This document shows, piece by piece, positions 61,788 through 64,000 of a DNA stretch of 64,000 nucleotides. Every line of letters starts with the position of its first letter. Position 1 is the stretch's first letter. Source of the stretch: Fistulifera solaris. Its lineage: Eukaryota. The notes below the pieces were generated by a model. It was not told the origin of the DNA and ran no database searches. It worked only from the letters and a program-made list of their open reading frames with translations. The position numbers and the translations under genes were made by a program. The stretch lies in the NCBI GenBank assembly GCA_030295235.1, contig AP026128.1, positions 62,001 to 126,000 on the forward strand. The letters run 5' to 3'.

Positions 61788-62050
61788 CTTGATCAATACA
61801 AAGAAATAGTGTCGATTGTATATTTGATGTCAACAAAATGGAGTCTTGAATGGAATAGATCTTTTGCCGCCATCACGGATCACGGCAGAACAAAAATGAA
61901 CGCGTTTGCAACTCGTGATTCGACTCGTGATGTGATCGGCATTTCCAGTCCCGCGTCTGGAAAGGTCTCGCAATTCGCAATTCGCAATAGAACACCAAAA
62001 AATGTTATCGCTTCAACTTAGTGCTTATTTCTTTCATCGCTATTTCTTCC

Positions 62051-62898
62051 TCACAGCGTTTTAGGTTTTCTTCGAAAGAGGGAAGGCAAATAAGCTTTCC
62101 CTAATCCTTTCAAAATCAACGCGGCCCAATACAGTTGCAACAAGAGTAACACCACCGAACTACCCCAACAGGCCGACATGAAGACACGATACGGTAGATG
62201 AGGATGTTGTGAATACAACAAAAATGACTGCTCATATAAGAATACAGTCGCGGCATCAACATCCCGATCCGAACGTAGAGAAAGGTCCCACAAAACAGCA
62301 ATCGGACTTTCAGATACAGACCGGGATATCGATCCACCAAGGACGGGAATTCTTTGAAAAAGTTCATGATCGACAAGGGAATTGTACTCAATTCAAAGAT
62401 ACCGAAAAGAATGGGATCCAGTACCGAAATCCATTGCGCAAAAAGCCCGTCATGATCCCCACGGCCACGACCGTGAGATGATGTAAAATCATGATGGGAT
62501 TTTCTTCGACGGCAAAGATACCGACCGGAATGGCCCATAATTGAAATCCCAGTTGAAAACAACTCAGAAATAAAACGTGTTCGTGTCCTTGTATTTTTTC
62601 CACGTCCGTTAACGAAGAATCGAGATGATTTTCGTAATACAGGCCCAAGACCGACAAGACGATGCAAGCACACAAACTGGTGGCTTGGTAACTGATCTTT
62701 TCTCCGTGCGGACGTTGAAACGTCCTTCGCAGCATATAAATCAATGATATACAGCAACACAACATACAGTGCCGTGATTCCACTGGCACATGCGACGGTT
62801 TGCGGCACGACGATTTGTCGCAATACACTCGATTCGAGAAAAATCGGGCCGTCATTCAATGCACCGATGCGTTCCGCGAGTGTCGCGTCTGGAAACAT
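62051..62898 (-). CDS. TLC (TRAM/LAG1/CLN8) domain membrane protein; frameshifted
   Basis: MILHHL, FELSTIPL, FLYVRI and LQLYW motifs distributed over three ORFs. Confidence 0.8.
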
Positions 62899-63605
62899 TC
62901 TCTCTGTTCCGGTTCTTTACCAACAAATGAAAATGACGTTGAATAAGTTTGGAAATGTGTTGTAGCTTTTTAGGGTTCGCAAGCAATAAAAAGGACACCG
63001 ATCGAGCTTTTGCGGAGAAAATGAAGCATTCGCGATCGCAAAACAAAAACGTCGGCTGCGTCTCGTCGTCGTCGCGAGCGCGCCGATCGGGATGCTGACT
63101 ATAATGTCACTGTGTACCAGGAGTTCATTTTTTCTTAAAAATCAGTGCAAGTCGTAAGGTTAAGAGAAGCGCTTGTACAATTACGAGGCTTCATGATTAA
63201 CCTTACTGTATTAGTTGGAGTTAGGAGCTAGGATCATCTCGCTAGGTTTACAGGTAGATAGCTTCCCAGGAGAACTAAAGATACGAAAGTACGCCACTCA
63301 AACATTTAACAATACCTGTAGAAAGATAGCTCATCGTAAACAGCATGAAACAGGCATGTTGCACGCGGAAGTCTCCTATCGCCGGGAATCAGTTTTGCTC
63401 GCATCGTAACTTTCCTCAACTCTGTGGAGTTTATTGCTCAATTCAGCCTTACTTTCTAAGCAGAATCAGCATAGATTTCGAGCGAAGTAGCCTAAGCTTC
63501 TCACGGGGATCAGGACGTTTTGTCGCCATTTTGTACTTAATTTCCTTAAGGAAATTGTTCTACGCAAGGGATGTAAACTTCTCACGAAGAATCGTTCTTT
63601 ATAGT

Positions 63606-63916
63606 TTATTTTGAATCCAGGACTTCCAACATTTCAATGTCAAAAATCAATGCGGCTCCACCGGGAATGAGAGCACCGGCGCCGCGATCACCATACGCCA
63701 ATTCACTGGGGATGTACAATTCCCACTTGGCACCCTCTTTCATCAACATCATGGCTTCCGTCCACCCTTTGATGACCTGATTCGGGGCGAAAGTCAATGG
63801 CTGTCCTCGTTTGTAACTACTATCGAATTCGGTGCCATCAATGAGACGACCGGCGTAATGGCAGTTGGTGGGCTGACTGATGGTGGGTGTCTTGCCGACG
63901 CCGGGGCGAATTTCTA
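63606..63916 (-). CDS. FKBP-type peptidyl-prolyl isomerase, 3' exon (5' part lies beyond the window)
   Basis: HYAGRLIDGTEFDSSYKRG, VIKGWTEAM, LYIPSELAYG, IPGGAALIFDIEML. Confidence 0.92.
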
Positions 63917-64000
63917 TAGCAAGGGAAGCAAGAACGTTAAGAAAATGAGCAAGTCATCAAAAGATCAAGACGAACTAGAAGGAAATTGGCGTACAGAGGC

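Overview
Gene-dense eukaryotic DNA with short GT-AG introns. It is most likely from a pennate diatom (Fistulifera-like); this is inferred from gene content, RXL motifs and a bipartite plastid presequence. About 30 host genes are present, including an ERGIC/PDI hybrid, a 2OG-Fe(II) oxygenase, an acid phosphatase, a type-IIC P-ATPase, MOT1, MIC60, a CrtI-like desaturase, frataxin, VPS25, CDC23, a TALE homeobox gene, CDC37, three ClpB/Hsp101 copies, an M14 peptidase, GST, a TLC protein and an FKBP. Many carry single-base frameshifts that look like assembly errors. The most striking feature is a young composite insertion at 19664-25444 with a GCGCAC target-site duplication. It consists of a complete Ty1/copia element on the minus strand, fused through a 151-bp inverted piece of its own pol to a 261-bp non-coding mini-LTR (TRIM-like) element on the plus strand. 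The two elements share the PPT/LTR-start junction CAGGGAGGA|TGTCA. Where a tRNA primer-binding site is expected, each has a different perfect 12-nt palindrome followed by TGGCG. This suggests structure-based, possibly tRNA-independent priming and an autonomous/parasite pair. Other points of interest are a secreted RXL + (GK)n candidate biosilica protein, a duplicated FAR1/WRKY-like + ClpB module, and a P-IIC ATPase with remodelled ion-binding sites.
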